DNA of 61,270 nucleotides, the filler included, from Chiloscyllium plagiosum (Eukaryota), in NCBI RefSeq assembly GCF_004010195.1. It is 3 parts of one record of this genome, joined end to end, with 100 filler letters (N's around TTAATTAATTAA, not from the genome) between each part and the next. Parts side by side here need not be neighbours in the genome. Positions count along the whole stretch, not along the records: positions 12,458 to 41,302 come from NC_057715.1; 2 more parts are not named here. One strand, given 5' to 3'. The position numbers and the translations under genes are program-made. Shown here piece by piece: positions 12,731 to 26,059 of this stretch; positions within the stretch are counted from its first letter, which is position 1; each line of letters opens with the position of its first letter. The notes beneath the pieces were generated by a model. That model was not told the DNA's origin, ran no database searches, and saw nothing but the letters and a program-made list of their open reading frames with translations.

Positions 12731-13893
12731 CTCCTGTTCCCTGGATGCTGCCTGACCTGCTGCGCTTTTCCAGCAACACATTTTCAGCTCTGATCTCCAG
12801 CATCTGCAGACCTCACTTTCTCCACAAGTTAAATCAAGCCAATTATGCAATAAGATTCAACTCTCCATTTGTTGTCGGAAGTAATGGTGAAAAGGGCAGT
12901 CTGAAACATCAAGTAAACACCTATGAACATGACAACTCATACAAAGATGAAAGAATAGCCCAGTATGGAATCTCAGACAAACAAAAAGAGTCATTATCCC
13001 GAAAGCGATGAGTAAAGAGATGCTGAAGTACACCCATACAAGTCATCAGCAAGTTGAGATGAGTCTGAAGAAGGTAAGGAAAGTTTTCCAATCCAAATAT
13101 GATTAATAAGAATGAGGACCACATCACTGAGTGCAATGCTTATAATTAACCTTCCCTCTAATATTTGTTTTCCACTGTCCAGAATGCCAGGGTCTGTTCA
13201 CATCAGTGGAAGCTAATGTGTCATCATTCCAATGAGTGTGCATGGAACTTCCCAGTGTCTGTGCGATCACAAGGTTGCATAGCCTAGAGGAAAGAATGCT
13301 TGTAACAAATATCAAGCTAAGCAAGCTTAAAGAGTTACTGATAGTTCAGGCCATCCTAGACAGATCAGAGATGAAGATTCTAGTAGATGTTTTCATTCTT
13401 GCAGATACTCATTATCTTGTGTTAACCCTCAGCCTTACTGCCAACTGTTATTCTGACTACTGGGAGTTCGACCAGTTGACATTACTGATTACCAGCGTGT
13501 GGGGTTCTAGTTTGTGATCAGTAATTTGCTGAATTTTTGGTGGTTTGAATCACCCCCAGATCCTTATTTAGGAAAGTGAAATGAAGAAGACAGTAGAAGG
13601 TGTTTCAGGGCAAAAATATCTCTGCATTTATCCAATACAAAAGGTAAGTATAATACAAGAAATGAGGGCAAAAGTGAAATTGGCACAACTATACAGAAGA
13701 CAGGAATTAAATACACTATTAAATCAAATACAAGTTAAATACTATTAGAACTAAATAGCAGTTTTAATCACAGAAAATTTTAATCAGACTTCCTACCCTT
13801 GGGATTCTTGCACTATCACCATCAGCCCTCTCCTCTCTGCTAGCTAGGTTGGAAACATTGGGGTCTCGAAAGTTTAAGCTCACCATGAGGGAA

Positions 13894-14540
13894 TATTACG
13901 GACCAGGCCAGATCCCCTCAAAACGTTTCACGGAGGTAGCCCAGACCCTAACTTTTCTAGTTGTTTTTAGCAGACGGAAGGTGGATATTCCAGGAATGAT
14001 GTAGCTGATCAAACCACTCAGTTTGAACTAAAACAGAACTTATTTATAGAGTACCAAATGAAACATAAGCGTAAGAGAAAAGAATATAGAATAACTGAAC
14101 CTATCTGAAAACCCAAGTTACTCTATCATAAATTAATTATGTTGTTCCAATTTCCTGCATCATCCCCATAAAAACCCCTTGGCAAAAAAAGTAAGTTCAA
14201 ACACAAGTTCTTACAGGAGAGATGACAGAGATATCTGTTTGAATCACAGAAATTTTTTTTCCAGCATTTTCTTTGACCAGCAGCTTCAAACAGCTAAAAC
14301 TAAACCAAACTAGAAAACAACCATTGAACAGGGAGAAGTGGCCACTCACCTTTCATTTCACAAGTGTTTTTTATTAAAAAACTAAAACCTTTTTCCCTCA
14401 TTGTTGCCTTAGGCAGTATGTGTTAGCCGTAATCAAAGTGGTCTTATCCGAAACAAATTAGAACCTCTGCCTTTTACAGCCCTTTTTGAAAAGAAAACTA
14501 AGGGACAACATAACCTTGTTAAAGGAGAAGCATCATCCAA
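13894..14540 (-). mobile_element. Solo LTR of the Gmr1-like family
   Basis: Reverse complement aligns with both ends of the LTR at 18148-19448; 4-bp TSD GGAA at 13890-13893 and 14541-14544. Confidence 0.8.
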
Positions 14541-15218
14541 GGAAAATTGGGATTTTGAAGTACAGCTAACTAATCCCTCTTCCTGTACTTGGTGCCTCGA
14601 TGAAGATTTTGGGCAGTATAAGCTTTCAGTCTGGATTGAGTCTGCTGATGCAGTAGCATATTTGGATTTATCGGGTGAGTACTTACGGTTTCGCCAGCCA
14701 GTTTTCACCTCAGGATTTGTCTGAGGCCGTATGGTGTTGGTTGGGTTGGTGATTTTTGGAATCATTTTGTCAGTTCATTGGTTTGCTGGTCGTGGTCGGT
14801 CATTGTTGATTCTCATGCTGCAGACCAGGCCTGTGTTAGTAGGTTTTGGAATTGCTGTTGGGATCCCTCTTCTGGAGACAACTCTCGGAAATAGCTGCTG
14901 GAATTAGTTGTTGAAATTCTTCTTCTGGGGATTGCAGTTTGGAAAGCCTCTTAGGAAATAGATGCCAGGGGGAGATAACTCTTCTGAGATAGCTCTATCA
15001 GGTGAAATTGGGGCCTGCAATAATACTAATTGTGGACCTCATATCTTCATTGCAAGTCTTCCCTTGCCATTGTGTTACTAGTGAAGTCAATTGGCTTCCT
15101 GGTAGTTATCAAGTATGTGTAATTGTATTCTGATTGAAGCTGAATGCCCAATATGTCTGTGAATGAATATTGATTGAAGTTGAATGTCTGGTATCTGTAT
15201 AGGTTCCATAATGTCTGG

Positions 15219-15439
15219 CAAAAGTGAGGACTGCAAATGCTGGAGATCAGAGTCTAGATTGGAGTGGTGCTGGAAAAACACAGCCGGTCAGGCCGCATCC
15301 AAGGAGCAGGAAAATCTATGTTTCAGGCAAAATACCTTCATCAGGAATGAAGGGCTTTTGCCCGAAATGTCGATTTTCCTGCTCCTCGGATGCTGCCTGA
15401 CCTGCTGTGTTTTTCCAGCACCACTCCAATTTAGTCCAG
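15219..15439. mobile_element. Fold-back Penelope-like insertion (family A variant)
   Basis: Inverted arms; TSD AATGTCTGG at 15210-15218 and 15440-15448. Confidence 0.85.
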
Positions 15440-17549
15440 AATGTCTGGGTTGTGCAGCCCAGGTATAAAATTAGTTTCAGTCTATTTTAGGTTTGGTTAA
15501 TTTTTCTGGTTGAATGGAGGTGTAAATTAGACTTCTGGGTTGAACAATAGTCCCAGACAAAAATCATTATGGTTCTGTATGTATTTGTTGCAGCCTGAGC
15601 TCAGGATTTTATGCAGTATTTTAGGTTTTAGAAAAGTCCATGGTCTTGTCCAGTGTTTTAGATGATGGAGATGTTTGTTCAATCCGACAGTAAGATCACG
15701 TAATGCCTGAAAGCCCATGTCAGTTTCTATGACATTCCATTCATTGTAATGAGTGATCAATAGTTCTCAATTGAGGAATTCAGGCAAATTTGGGGAAACC
15801 CAGGAATAAATGTTGTCTTCATACTATCCTTAGTCAAACAGGCAAGGCTGAGGCAGCAGGGAAAATTGCCAAAAGAATAATTCAAAAGAAAATCTGGAAA
15901 TCTAGCACAAACTTGTACAAGGCAATCCAATTGGAGAAAACTACTGAAGGCATCGAATATTGTCCAATCCAAAGACATATGTTACACTGCACTAAAACTA
16001 CACATTCCATAGTAAAAAAAAAAACAGAGAAGTCAGAAGTAATAACAGGAATTATTGATAAAATTAAAATGAAATGACAGCCCATTTTACTTTTGTAAAA
16101 CTGTGGAATCAACTCAAAAGGAAGTTGAGTAAGGTGAACTACTTGATAAGGACTCCAGACAGAAAGAAATCTCACAGCGTGTGTCATGTGAATCTGCTCA
16201 AAAGGTATTTTGATAAGGAAGGAAAACCAAAGGAGGCTGTGTTATTGTTTACAACACAGAGTGAAGAACCAAGTTCAGAGGATTCTGAATTAGACAATTC
16301 CTCAAATTTAATTGGACTAGAGGAAGTTGTCAAAAATTGGGATAAATTATTAAATTACCTTTCACAGAAAATTGAAATGACCTGCAAGAGTTATTATTAT
16401 CACACGGAGAGATATGTGGAAATAAGCTGGGAAGTACTAACCTAATTGTGCATGATGTAGATATAGGAGATGCTGTTCCGATTAAGCAACATCCTTATAG
16501 GATTAACCCTCTGACGTTGGCACACTTTCAAAAGGAAGCTGAATGCATGCTCCAAGATGACATAATTAAAGTGAGTTACAGTGACTGGAGCTCACCTATT
16601 GTAATGGTGCCAAAGCCAGATGGTACCCAATGGTTATGTGTGGATGATTGCAAAGTCAATGCAGTTACAAAGACTGATGCATATCTGATTCTATGTTTCG
16701 AAAACTATGTTGAGAAGGTGGGGCAAGCAACTTATAATTCTAAGTTGATCTTGCTCAGAGGATATAGGCAAGTACCTTTGTCAGAAAGAGCAAAGGCAAT
16801 TTTGGCTTTTGTAAAGTCAACTGGACTGTATCACTTTAAAGTCATGCCATTTGGCTTGAAAAATGCACCAGCCACATTTCAGAGACTATCCAATGAGGTC
16901 ATTGCCAGAATACTCAACTGTGTCATTTATATTGATGATCTGGTGTCTTTTAGTCACACGTGGAAGAAACATTTACAACATTTATCAGACTTGTTCGATT
17001 GACTTCGAAGGGCTGGCTTGGTGATAAACGTGGCTAAAAGTGAATTTACCAAAACACAAGTCATCTTCTTAGGCCATGTTATTGGACACAGACAAATGGC
17101 CCCACGGGATGCAAACACAAAGGTAATCAGGGAGTTTCCCATTCCATTAACAAAAATAGCAGTACTACAGTTCCTGGGACTGAATGGATTTTTTCAAAAG
17201 TTTGTGTCAAATTTTAGCAGTGTGGCTGCTCCACTCACTGAATTGCTAAAGAAAGGCAAGAAGTTTCAGTGGACAGTGAACTGTCAGAAGGTATTTGTGT
17301 GAACCACTGCCTCGGTATTAGCCACACCTAATTAAGCAAAGCCATTCAAAGTGGCTATCGATGCAAGTGATGTTGGTGTCGGTGCTGTGCTCTTGCAAGA
17401 AGACAATGAGAAGATAGGTATCGGGTATATCTTCAGGAAGTTGAAGATTCATCAGCAGAAATATTTGACGGTTGAGAAGGAGACTTTGAGCTTGGTGTTA
17501 GCATTAGAACATTTCATGGTTTATGTTACCAGTAACATATCTAAGACAA

Positions 17550-17802
17550 TCAATAAGCACATCGACCTGGACCCAATATACCGACTACTGCAGTGGACAG
17601 CTGGAACTGACAACCGGAAGCAGCAGATTCAAACCACTACAAATGGCGGAGGAAACACCACAGAAGCGCTTCACAGGAGGCTCCCAAGCACTGAGGATGT
17701 CACCTAGACAGGGAACGAAATGTCTGCAACACAAATTCCCAGCTCGGCGAACAGAACCACAACAACGAGCACCCGAGCTACAAATCTTCTCACAAACTTT
17801 GA
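17550..17802 (+). mobile_element. Penelope-like 3' end (family C, probably Poseidon-type) inserted in the Gypsy RNase H
   Basis: Interrupts RNase H between SKTI and (Y)TDHNP; starts with INKHIDLDPIY, resembling a PLE endonuclease C-terminus; carries a hammerhead motif. Confidence 0.75.
17688..17727 (+). ncRNA. Minimal hammerhead motif (family C), partly decayed
   Basis: GCA-CTGAGGA-T-GTCACCT(AGAC)AGGGAAC-GAAA-TG-TC-TGC; stem I is GCA/TGC. Confidence 0.6.
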
Positions 17803-18382
17803 ATATAGACGGATCATAACCCATTGAAGTTTGTGGACAAATTTAAGGACAAAAATGCCAGACTGTTTTGATGGAGCTTGGTGTTGCAACCATTCAATTT
17901 GAAAATTGCGCATGTGGCAGGACCAGAAAACGTGATTGCAGAAGCGTTGTCGAGACTCAAATGGGAAACTGAGACATTTGGTGGCAAGAGTCAAACCGAC
18001 TGAAACGTAATATGGTTGTGCATGTTTGCTCATTTACAGTCAACGTAATGTCAATGTGTATTTTAGGGTACTAATAATTTAGGTTTAAGGGGTTTTAAAA
18101 TGAAGCCACCCTTGGATATTGATGGTTCTCTTTTTTAAGGGGGAAGGTATGACGAAGCTGCTTCTTTAACAAGGTTGTGCTGTCCTCGGCTTTTTTTCAG
18201 AATTGTTGTAAATGTCACAAACTCTGAAAAGCCTGGGATTGAAGGGTTTTAGGGCCAATTTGATTATAGCGAACAGATACTGCCTCAGGCAGAAGGGTTT
18301 CAAGTTTTAAGAACAATCACTTGTACAATGATAGAAAAGTGGCCAGTTCTCCCAGCTTAGTTTTACTCTGGTTTTAGTTAGG

Positions 18383-19061
18383 CACACTTTACCAACCTTT
18401 CCACACACACATACCCACACTTTCTCACTTGCACTCATACCAACACACACACACTTACATGCAAACTCTCTCTTTCTTTCTCTCTCTCTTTCTCTCTCTC
18501 TCTTTCTCTCTCTCTCACTCACTCACATGCATGCACACACACATAACTTTATTTGCATTTGCAGAATTGTATTAACAAATACATTCTATTTTGCTCAAAA
18601 ATACACCATGTGCAGGCAGTCAATCCATGTAATATTTTGTAACTTCCACTTGGAAATAGAACTGGTCTGACTCAAGACTGGGATACAGATAGATTCTAAT
18701 CTTATACCCTTAATGCATTGTCTGAGCTGAGATGTCACCATTTTTTATAAACCTTACGTTACCTCGAGAATGTGATTTAAAGGAAGTTCTGAGATTTACG
18801 TATTAATGAGCCAAAACCTGAAACCCATTCTAACAGCTGAAAGACTTAACAACAATCTAGGTTTGTTCAATGTATCATTTCAGTTACATGACACCGTAAT
18901 CTTTTGCGATAAATTCTGTCTTATGGTCCTGCTCCACAGCTACCTGATGAAGGAACAGCGCTTCGAAAGCTAGTGCTTCCAAATAAACCTGTTGGACTAT
19001 AACCTGGTATTGTGTGATTTTTAACTTTGCCCACCCCAGTCCAACACCGGCACCTCCACAT
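18383..19061 (+). mobile_element. Penelope-like 3' region/pLTR (family B) inserted in the Gypsy LTR, with (CA)n/(CT)n microsatellite at about 18400-18545
   Basis: Shares sequence with 50338-50571, 25745-25862 and 37735-37838; hammerhead motif at 18941-18975. Confidence 0.75.
18941..18975 (+). ncRNA. Minimal hammerhead motif (family B), imperfect stem II
   Basis: TAC-CTGATGA-A-GGAAC(AGC)GCTTC-GAAA-GC-TA-GTG. Confidence 0.6.
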
Positions 19062-21515
19062 CTAGTTTGACTTTTAGCAGTCATATGGTAAAAGCTGCTG
19101 GAGCCATAGAAGCAGGTCCAGTCTGGTACTCTCTCTCTGACTTCTATCCTGTAAGAAGCTATGTTTGATTTTATCTTTTGTGTCAAGAGCGTTTATGGGG
19201 ATTGTTGCAAGTATTTGGAACAGCATCATTAAGTTGGGATGATCTGTTGGATTTTTGGAGAGGTTTCTGTTTTCTGTTGTCTGTGTTTCATTCAGTAATC
19301 TTGGAAATAAATTCTGTTTTGTTTAAATGGTTTGACCAGTGGCATCTCCACTGGAATATCCACTTTATACCTGCTTAAAACAACTAGCAAAGTTAGGGTC
19401 TGGGCTACTTTCTTGAAATGTTTTGAGGGGTCTGGCCTGGTCCATAACAAGATGTACAGCACAGAAACAGACCCTTCGGTCCAACTCGTCTATGTCAAAC
19501 AGATATCCTGAATGAATCTAGTTCCATTTGCCAGCACTTTGCCCTTTTCCTTCCTATTCATATACCCATCCAGATGCTTTTTAAATGTTACAATTATTCC
19601 AGCCTCCACCACTTCCTCTGGCAGTTAAGTTTAGAGATGCACCACCCTCTATCTTAGAAATTTGTACCTTAAGTCCCTTTTAAATCTTTCCCCTCTTACC
19701 CTAAACTTATGCTCTCTAGTTCTGAACTCCCTCACATGAGGGAAATTACCTTGTCTATTTACCCTATTTCATGCCCCTCATGATTTTATAAACTTCTATT
19801 AGGTCACCCCTCAGCCTTCGAAGCTCAAGGGTAAAGCTTATTCAGCCTCTCTATAGCTCAAACCATCCAAGCCCTGGCAGCATCCTTGTAAATCTTTTCT
19901 GACCCCTTTCAAGTTTCATAACACCCTTCCTATAGGAGGAAAACCACATTATATACCAAAAGTTTCCTAACCGATGTCTTGTACAGCTACAACATGACCT
20001 CCCAACTCCCATACTCAATGCTCTGACCAATAAAGAAAAGCACACTAAACGATTTCTTTACTATCCTATCTACCTGCAACTCCACTTTCAAGAAACTATG
20101 AACCTGCATTCCAAGGTCTCATTGTTCAGCAATATTCCCTGGGAGCTTACCATTAAGTGTGTAAGTCCTGCCATGATTTATCTTTCCAAAATGCAGCACC
20201 TCACGTTTATCTAAATCAAAGTCCATCTGCCTCTCCACAGCCCATTGACCTTTCTGATCAAGATCCCTTTGCACTCTAAGGTAACCTTCTTCGTTGTCCA
20301 TTACACATCCAATTTTGGTGTCATCTGCAAACTTACTAACTATATCTCCTATGTTCACATCCAATTCATTTATATAAATGACAAAAAACAGTGGAACTAG
20401 CACTGATCCTTGCTGCACACTATTGGTCACAGGGCTCGAGTCTGCAAAACAACTCTCCACCACCACCTTCGAGCCAGTTCTGTATCTAAATGGCTAGTTA
20501 TCCATGTATTCCATGTAATCTAACCTTACCAACCAATGAGGAATCTTGTTGAACACCTTACTGAAGTCCATATAGATCACGCCCACTGCTCTTCCCTCAT
20601 CAATTGTCTTTATTATTTTTTCAAAATCTCAATTAAGTTCATGAGACATGATTTCCCGCATACAAAGCTATGTTGAATAGCCCTAATCAGTCCTTGCCTT
20701 TTCAAACACATGTAAATCCTGTCCCACAGGATTCTCTCCAACAGTGTGCCCACCATCAATGTCAGGCTCACTGGCATTTCCTTACCACCTTTCTTAAATA
20801 GTGGCACCACATTAACCAACCTCCAGTCTTCTGGTACCTCACCTGTGACTATTGATAATCCAAGTATCTCAGCAAGAGGCCCAGCAATCACTTCCCCAGC
20901 TTCCCACAGAGTTATAGGGTACACCTGATCAGGTCCTGGTGATTTAGACACCTTCATGCATTTTAAGATATCCAGCACCAAGATGTCGCCATCCATTTCC
21001 CCATGCAAAATACTCATTTAGAATCTCCCCATCTCATGCGGTTCCACATATAGGCTGCCTTACTGATCTTGGAAGAGTCTTATTCCATCCTTAGTTGCCC
21101 TTTTTGTCCTTAATACATTGTTAAAATCCCTGTGATTCTCCTTAACCCTATTTGTCAAAGCTATTTGATGTCCCCTTTCTGCGCTCCTCATTTCCCTCTT
21201 AAGTATACTCCTACTGCCTTTATTCACTTTGAAGGATTCACTTGATCTCTGTTGTCGATGCCTGACAAATGCTTCCTTCTTCTTCTTAACCTCAAATTCT
21301 CTAGTCTGCCAGCATTCCCTACACCTATCAGACTTGCTTTTCACCCTAACAGGAACATACGATCACTGGGCTCTTGTTATCTCATTTTTGAAGGCTTCCC
21401 ATTTTCCAACCACCCCTTTACCTTTGAATATCTACCCCCAAACCGGATCAACCTTTGAAAGTGCTTGCCAAAGACTATCAAAATCGGCCTTCCTCCAATT
21501 TAGAACTTTCACTTT

Positions 21516-21810
21516 TGATTAGATTACTTACAGTGTGGAAACAGGCCCTTCGGCCCGACAAGTCCACACCGACCCGCCGAAGCGCAACCCATCCATTTCC
21601 CTACATTTACCCCTTTACGTGACACTACGGGCAATTTAGCATGGCCAATTCACCTGACCTGCACATCTTTGGACTGTGGGAGGAAACTGGAGCATCCGGA
21701 GGAAACCCACGCAGACACGGGGAGAATGTGCAAACTCCACACAGTCAGTCGCCTGAGTCGGGAATTGAACTCAGGTCTCTGGCGCTGTGAGGCAGCAGTA
21801 CTAACCACTG
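21516..21810 (-). mobile_element. HE1 V-SINE nested in CR1
   Basis: Reverse complement matches 27900-28216. Confidence 0.92.
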
Positions 21811-22033
21811 GGTCTATCCTTTTCTATCACTTTATTAAAACTAATAGAAAAATGGTCACTGGCCCCAAAGTGCTCCCCCACTGACACCTCAGTCACTTGC
21901 AGTGCCTTATTTCCCAAGACAAAGTCAAATTTTGCACCTTCTCTCGTAGGTACATCCACATACTGAATCAGAAAAATTTCTTGTACACGCTTGACAAATT
22001 CTTTCCAATCTAAACCCTTAACACTGTGGCAAT

Positions 22034-24045
22034 CAGTGTTCAAACAGTCCGTAGGTACCTTGGACGAGTACGCCACCATCATCACAGACTTCATCAGCAA
22101 GTGTGTGGAGGACTGCATACCAAAGAAGTCAATCTGGGTGTGCCCCAACAGGAAACCCTGGATGAATCAGGACATACAGAACCTGCAAAAAACCAGGCAT
22201 GAGGCCTTCTGATCAGTAGATCCACTCAAATATAAGGAATCCAATTATGACCTTTGCAGAGACATTAAGACAGCCAAGGACCAATACTGACACAAACTAG
22301 AGTCACAGGCAGACACCCGGTGACTATGGCAAGACTGAATGACATCACAGGTTCGAAAAAGAGACTGTGCAAGTTAGCAGATTATGACATATCCCTCCCA
22401 GATCGTCTCAATGCCTTCTATGCTCACTTTGAGCTGAATTTTTGTGGAGAGGTAACACCTATTCTGACAAATCCTGACAAACCTATCCCAACAGTCACTG
22501 CATCAGAGGTCAGATCAGTTTTCCTTCGTGTAAATCCAAGGAAAGCAATGGGACCAGACAAAATACCAGGCCGTGCGCTCAGGGCATGTACAGAACAACT
22601 GGCAGAGGTCTTCTCTGACATCTTCAACCTCTCCCTGTAGCAGGCCACTGTCCCTGCCTAGTTCAAGATGGCCAACATCATCCCTGTCCCTAAGACAGCT
22701 CATGTAGCATGTCTCAATGACCAACACCCAGTGGCTCTAACTTCGGTGGTCATGAAGTGCTTTGAGAGGCTGGTCTAGCATTAATCAACTCCAGCCTCCC
22801 TATTACTCTTGACCCACTCCAATTTGCCTATCGGACCAACAGATTCATGTCAGATGCCATATGACTTGCCCTTCACTCCCCCTTAGAATATCTTGACACC
22901 AAGAACAGTGACATAAGAATCCTACTCATTGACTACAGTTTAGCATTCAATACTATTATCCCCTCGAGACTAAGTTTAGATTACTAAACTTAGTGATCTC
23001 GGACTAAGCCTCACTCTCTGCAACTGGATCCTCAGTTTCCTGACCTACAGGCCACAATCAGTGAAGATCGGGGACAATATTTCATCCTCACTAACACTCA
23101 ACACTGGAACCCCGCAGGGATGCATACTCAGCCCCCTCATGTACTCACTGTATACCCAAGACTGTGTCGCCAAATACCAGACTGATGCCATTTACAAGTT
23201 TGCTGATGACACCATCATAATCGGTCAAATCTCAGATGGTGAAGAAACAGACTACAGACGGGAGGTGGAAGACCTGGCAAAATGGTGCACTGAAAACAAC
23301 TTAGCTCTCAATACCGCAAAACCAAGGAACTCATTATTGACTTTCACAGGATGTTACTCATGCCCCCCTACACATTAACAGCACAGAGGTGGAACAAGTG
23401 GAGAGTGTCAAGCTCCTGGGAGTGTCATCCACCAATAAGCTTTCTTGGACTCTTCATGTGAATGCACTGGTTACAAAGGTCCAACAACATCTCTTCTTCC
23501 TCAGGCAGCTGAGGAAATTTGGCATGATGGTGAAGACCCTTGCCAACTTTTATAAGTGCGTCATCAAGCCCATTCTGTCTGGATGTATCACAACCTGGTA
23601 TGGTAACTGTATCTTTCAAGATTGGAGACGGTTACTGAGAGTGGTAAACTCTGCCTGGACAATCATAAAGGCCAACCTCCCATCTATGGAATCCATCTAC
23701 CAGGCCCACTGTCGAGGAAAGGCCGCCAGCATTCTCAAAGATCCATCTCACCCTGGCAATGCTTTTCTACAACCCCTACCATCAGGGAGAATGTACAGAA
23801 GCCTGAACACACGCACCAGTCAGTTTCAAAACAGTTTCTACCCTACTGTTGTTAGAATACTGGTTGGACTCACAAATTCTTAACATTCACCTGTACCTGT
23901 GTTTTTGCTTTTGCCACTGTTTACCTATTATTTACTTATCTATGCTACTTAACTCTGTGATCTGCCTGTATTGCTCGCAAGACAAAGCTTTTCACTGTGC
24001 ATCAGTAGACGTGACAATAAATTCAATTCAATTCAATTCAGTTTA
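22034..24045 (+). mobile_element. 5'-truncated Rex1/Babar-clade LINE nested in CR1
   Basis: [84 protein letters not shown]; 3' (TTCAA)n tail. Confidence 0.9.
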
Positions 24046-25744
24046 ATTCCAGTCTATGGTAGGTAAAATTCCCTACAATAGCCACTCTATTATTCTTACA
24101 GAAAACTGAGATCTTCTTACAGATTTGTTTCTCAACTTCCCGCTGACTACTGCGGGGGGTCTATTAAACAATGTCAGTAAGTTGGTCATCCCTTTCTTAT
24201 TTCTCAGTTCCATCCAAATAACCTCCTTGGATTTATTCGCAGGAATATTCTCCCTATGTGCAGCCTAAATGTTATCTTTTATCAAAAACACCACTAACCC
24301 TCCTCTCTTGCCCCCTCCCCCCATTTATATCCTGGAACATTAAGCTGCCAGTTCTGTCCATCTCTGAGAGACATCTCTGTTATTGATAATGATATCCCAA
24401 ACCCACTTTCCTTACCATGCTCTGACTTTATCTGCTTTCCCTGTTAGGCCTCTTGCATTGAAATAAATGCAGTTTAATTGATCAGTTCTTCCTCATTCTC
24501 TGCTTTGTTCCTGCTGTCCTGACTGTTTACTTGTTCCTTTTCCCAACTGTACCAGTATCAGACTGATCTCTTTCCTTACTATCTCCCTGGGTCCCACTGG
24601 GTCCCACTGGGTCCCACCCACCTTACTAGCTTAAATCCTCCTGAGCAGCTCGAGCAAATCTCCCTGCCAGTATATTAGTCCCCTTCCAATTCACTTGCAA
24701 ATCCTTCCTTCTTATACAGATTACTTCCACTCCAGATGAGATTCCAATGATCCAAAACTGTGAACCCTACTCCCCTGCACCAGTTCCTCAGTCACGCATT
24801 CACCTGTTCTATCCTTCTATTTCCACCCTCACTACTTCGTAGCACCTGGAGTAACCCAGATATTCGTACCCTCAAGGACCTCCTTTTTAAATTCCTGTTT
24901 AACTTCCTATATTCTCCATTCAAAATCTCATCTTTTTCCCTTCCCATGTCATTAGTTCCAATGTGTAAAATGACCTCCTGCTCATCCCAATCCCCTTTGA
25001 TAATATTCTGCACCCTCTCTGAGATATCCTTGATCCTGGCACCAGGGAGGCAACACACCATTCTGATTTCTTACTGCCAGCTGCAGAAGTGTCTGTCTGT
25101 GCCTCTGACTAGAGAGATCCCTATCACAATTGATCATTTGCAACATTACGCAGCTCTTGTTACATTAGAGCCAGCCTCAGTACCAGAAACGTGGCTGTTT
25201 GTGCTACATTCTCCTGAGGGTCCATCAGCCCCCTACATTTTCCAAAATAGCATACTTGCTTGCGAAGAGGATAGCCACAGGAGACTCCTGCAGTATCTAC
25301 CTCCCTCTCCTACCTTTCCTGGAGTTAAGACATGTAACTGACTGTACCTGTGGTTTTTCTCCCTTCCTATAACATCCATCCATCACACTCCCAGCATCTG
25401 TAAATTTCTCATTGCCTGTAACTGTCTCTCCAACCAATCCACATGATCTGATAGGATTCACAATCAAACACACACTGCAGACATGATCATCAATAACCTG
25501 CAAACTCTCCCTAATCTCCCAAATCCAGCAGGAAGAGCACATCTCTCAACTAAAGGCCATCTTTGCACCTTAACAATCTACAGATGCAAAAAAATAGCAG
25601 TCTTACTGCTCCAGACTAACTTAGTGCTAAACTTTAATCAAGATACAGATCTCAATAAAGCATCTAATCAAAAAAAACACACACTAGTCACTTTTGTAGG
25701 TTTACAAAAAACAGCAAGGTTACACAGAAAAACTACTGGACAAC

Positions 25745-25862
25745 CACATGATGAAGGAGTGGCGCTCCAAAAGCAAGTGCTTCCCATTAAACCTGTTGAC
25801 TATAACCTGGTGTGTGATTTTTAATGTTGTACACTCCAGTCTAACACCGGCATCTCCAAATC
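25745..25862 (+). mobile_element. Short Penelope-like pLTR remnant (family B), hammerhead core mutated
   Basis: atgatgaaggagtggcgctccaaaagcaagtg..aaacctgttgactataacctgg. Confidence 0.75.
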
Positions 25863-26059
25863 CTGAAAAACTAGGCATTTAGCTGCTCCTGTGCTGTGAA
25901 TTCCTACACAGAGATTCCTCCAAGGTCAGGTGTGAATTTCGTTATTTGTTAAATTTCCTGAGATGCACTCTGATTTGCAGAGATACTTGAAGTCTAATAG
26001 TGAAGGCAGTAGCTGTGCAGATTCAGTGCTGTTTCAGACCCCTCCATAACTTCACCTGT

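Larger units (their letters stand above)
11960..12823 (+). mobile_element. Young Penelope-like element (family A): RT fragment, assembly gap, then 3' pLTR
   Basis: Stop-free LPTYVRDTT..FTMDTQSLYTSIPH..NNFSF..LQTKGVAMGTRMG..YACLFVGYVE is PLE RT; the pLTR follows the gap. Confidence 0.92.
15790..19448 (+). mobile_element. 5'-truncated, decayed Gmr1-like Ty3/Gypsy LTR retrotransposon (integrase C-terminus, RT, RNase H, PPT, 3' LTR)
   Basis: VNYLIRTPDRKK..HVNLLKRY, then PIKQHPYR..SPIVMVPKPDG..VMPFGLKNAPATFQR..IYIDD, then DASDVGVGAVL..DHNPL..ENVIAEALSR; purine tract at about 18137-18147; LTR 18148-19448 ends ATAACA. Confidence 0.9.
19449..26040 (-). mobile_element. Near full-length decayed CR1 (HER1-like) LINE with nested SINE, Rex1 and PLE
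   Basis: ORF1 Cys motif (CSSC..DDHVC, 25297-25542) and SGNH esterase (CLPGARIKD..HIGTND, 24792-25061); ORF2 pieces (QGSVL..FVIYINELD..KFADDTKIG); 3' tail at 19449. Confidence 0.92.

Noticed and set aside
14545..15780. Minus-strand ORFs of 77-110 aa as a host gene or gag
   Set aside because: No recognisable motif or consistent splice structure; left unassigned
13894..19448. One retroelement bounded by inverted LTRs
   Set aside because: The left copy has its own GGAA TSD and is diverged from the right LTR, so it is an independent solo LTR
24587..24617. CTGGGTCCCA x3, and the short duplication at about 9053-9090
   Set aside because: Ordinary slippage duplications
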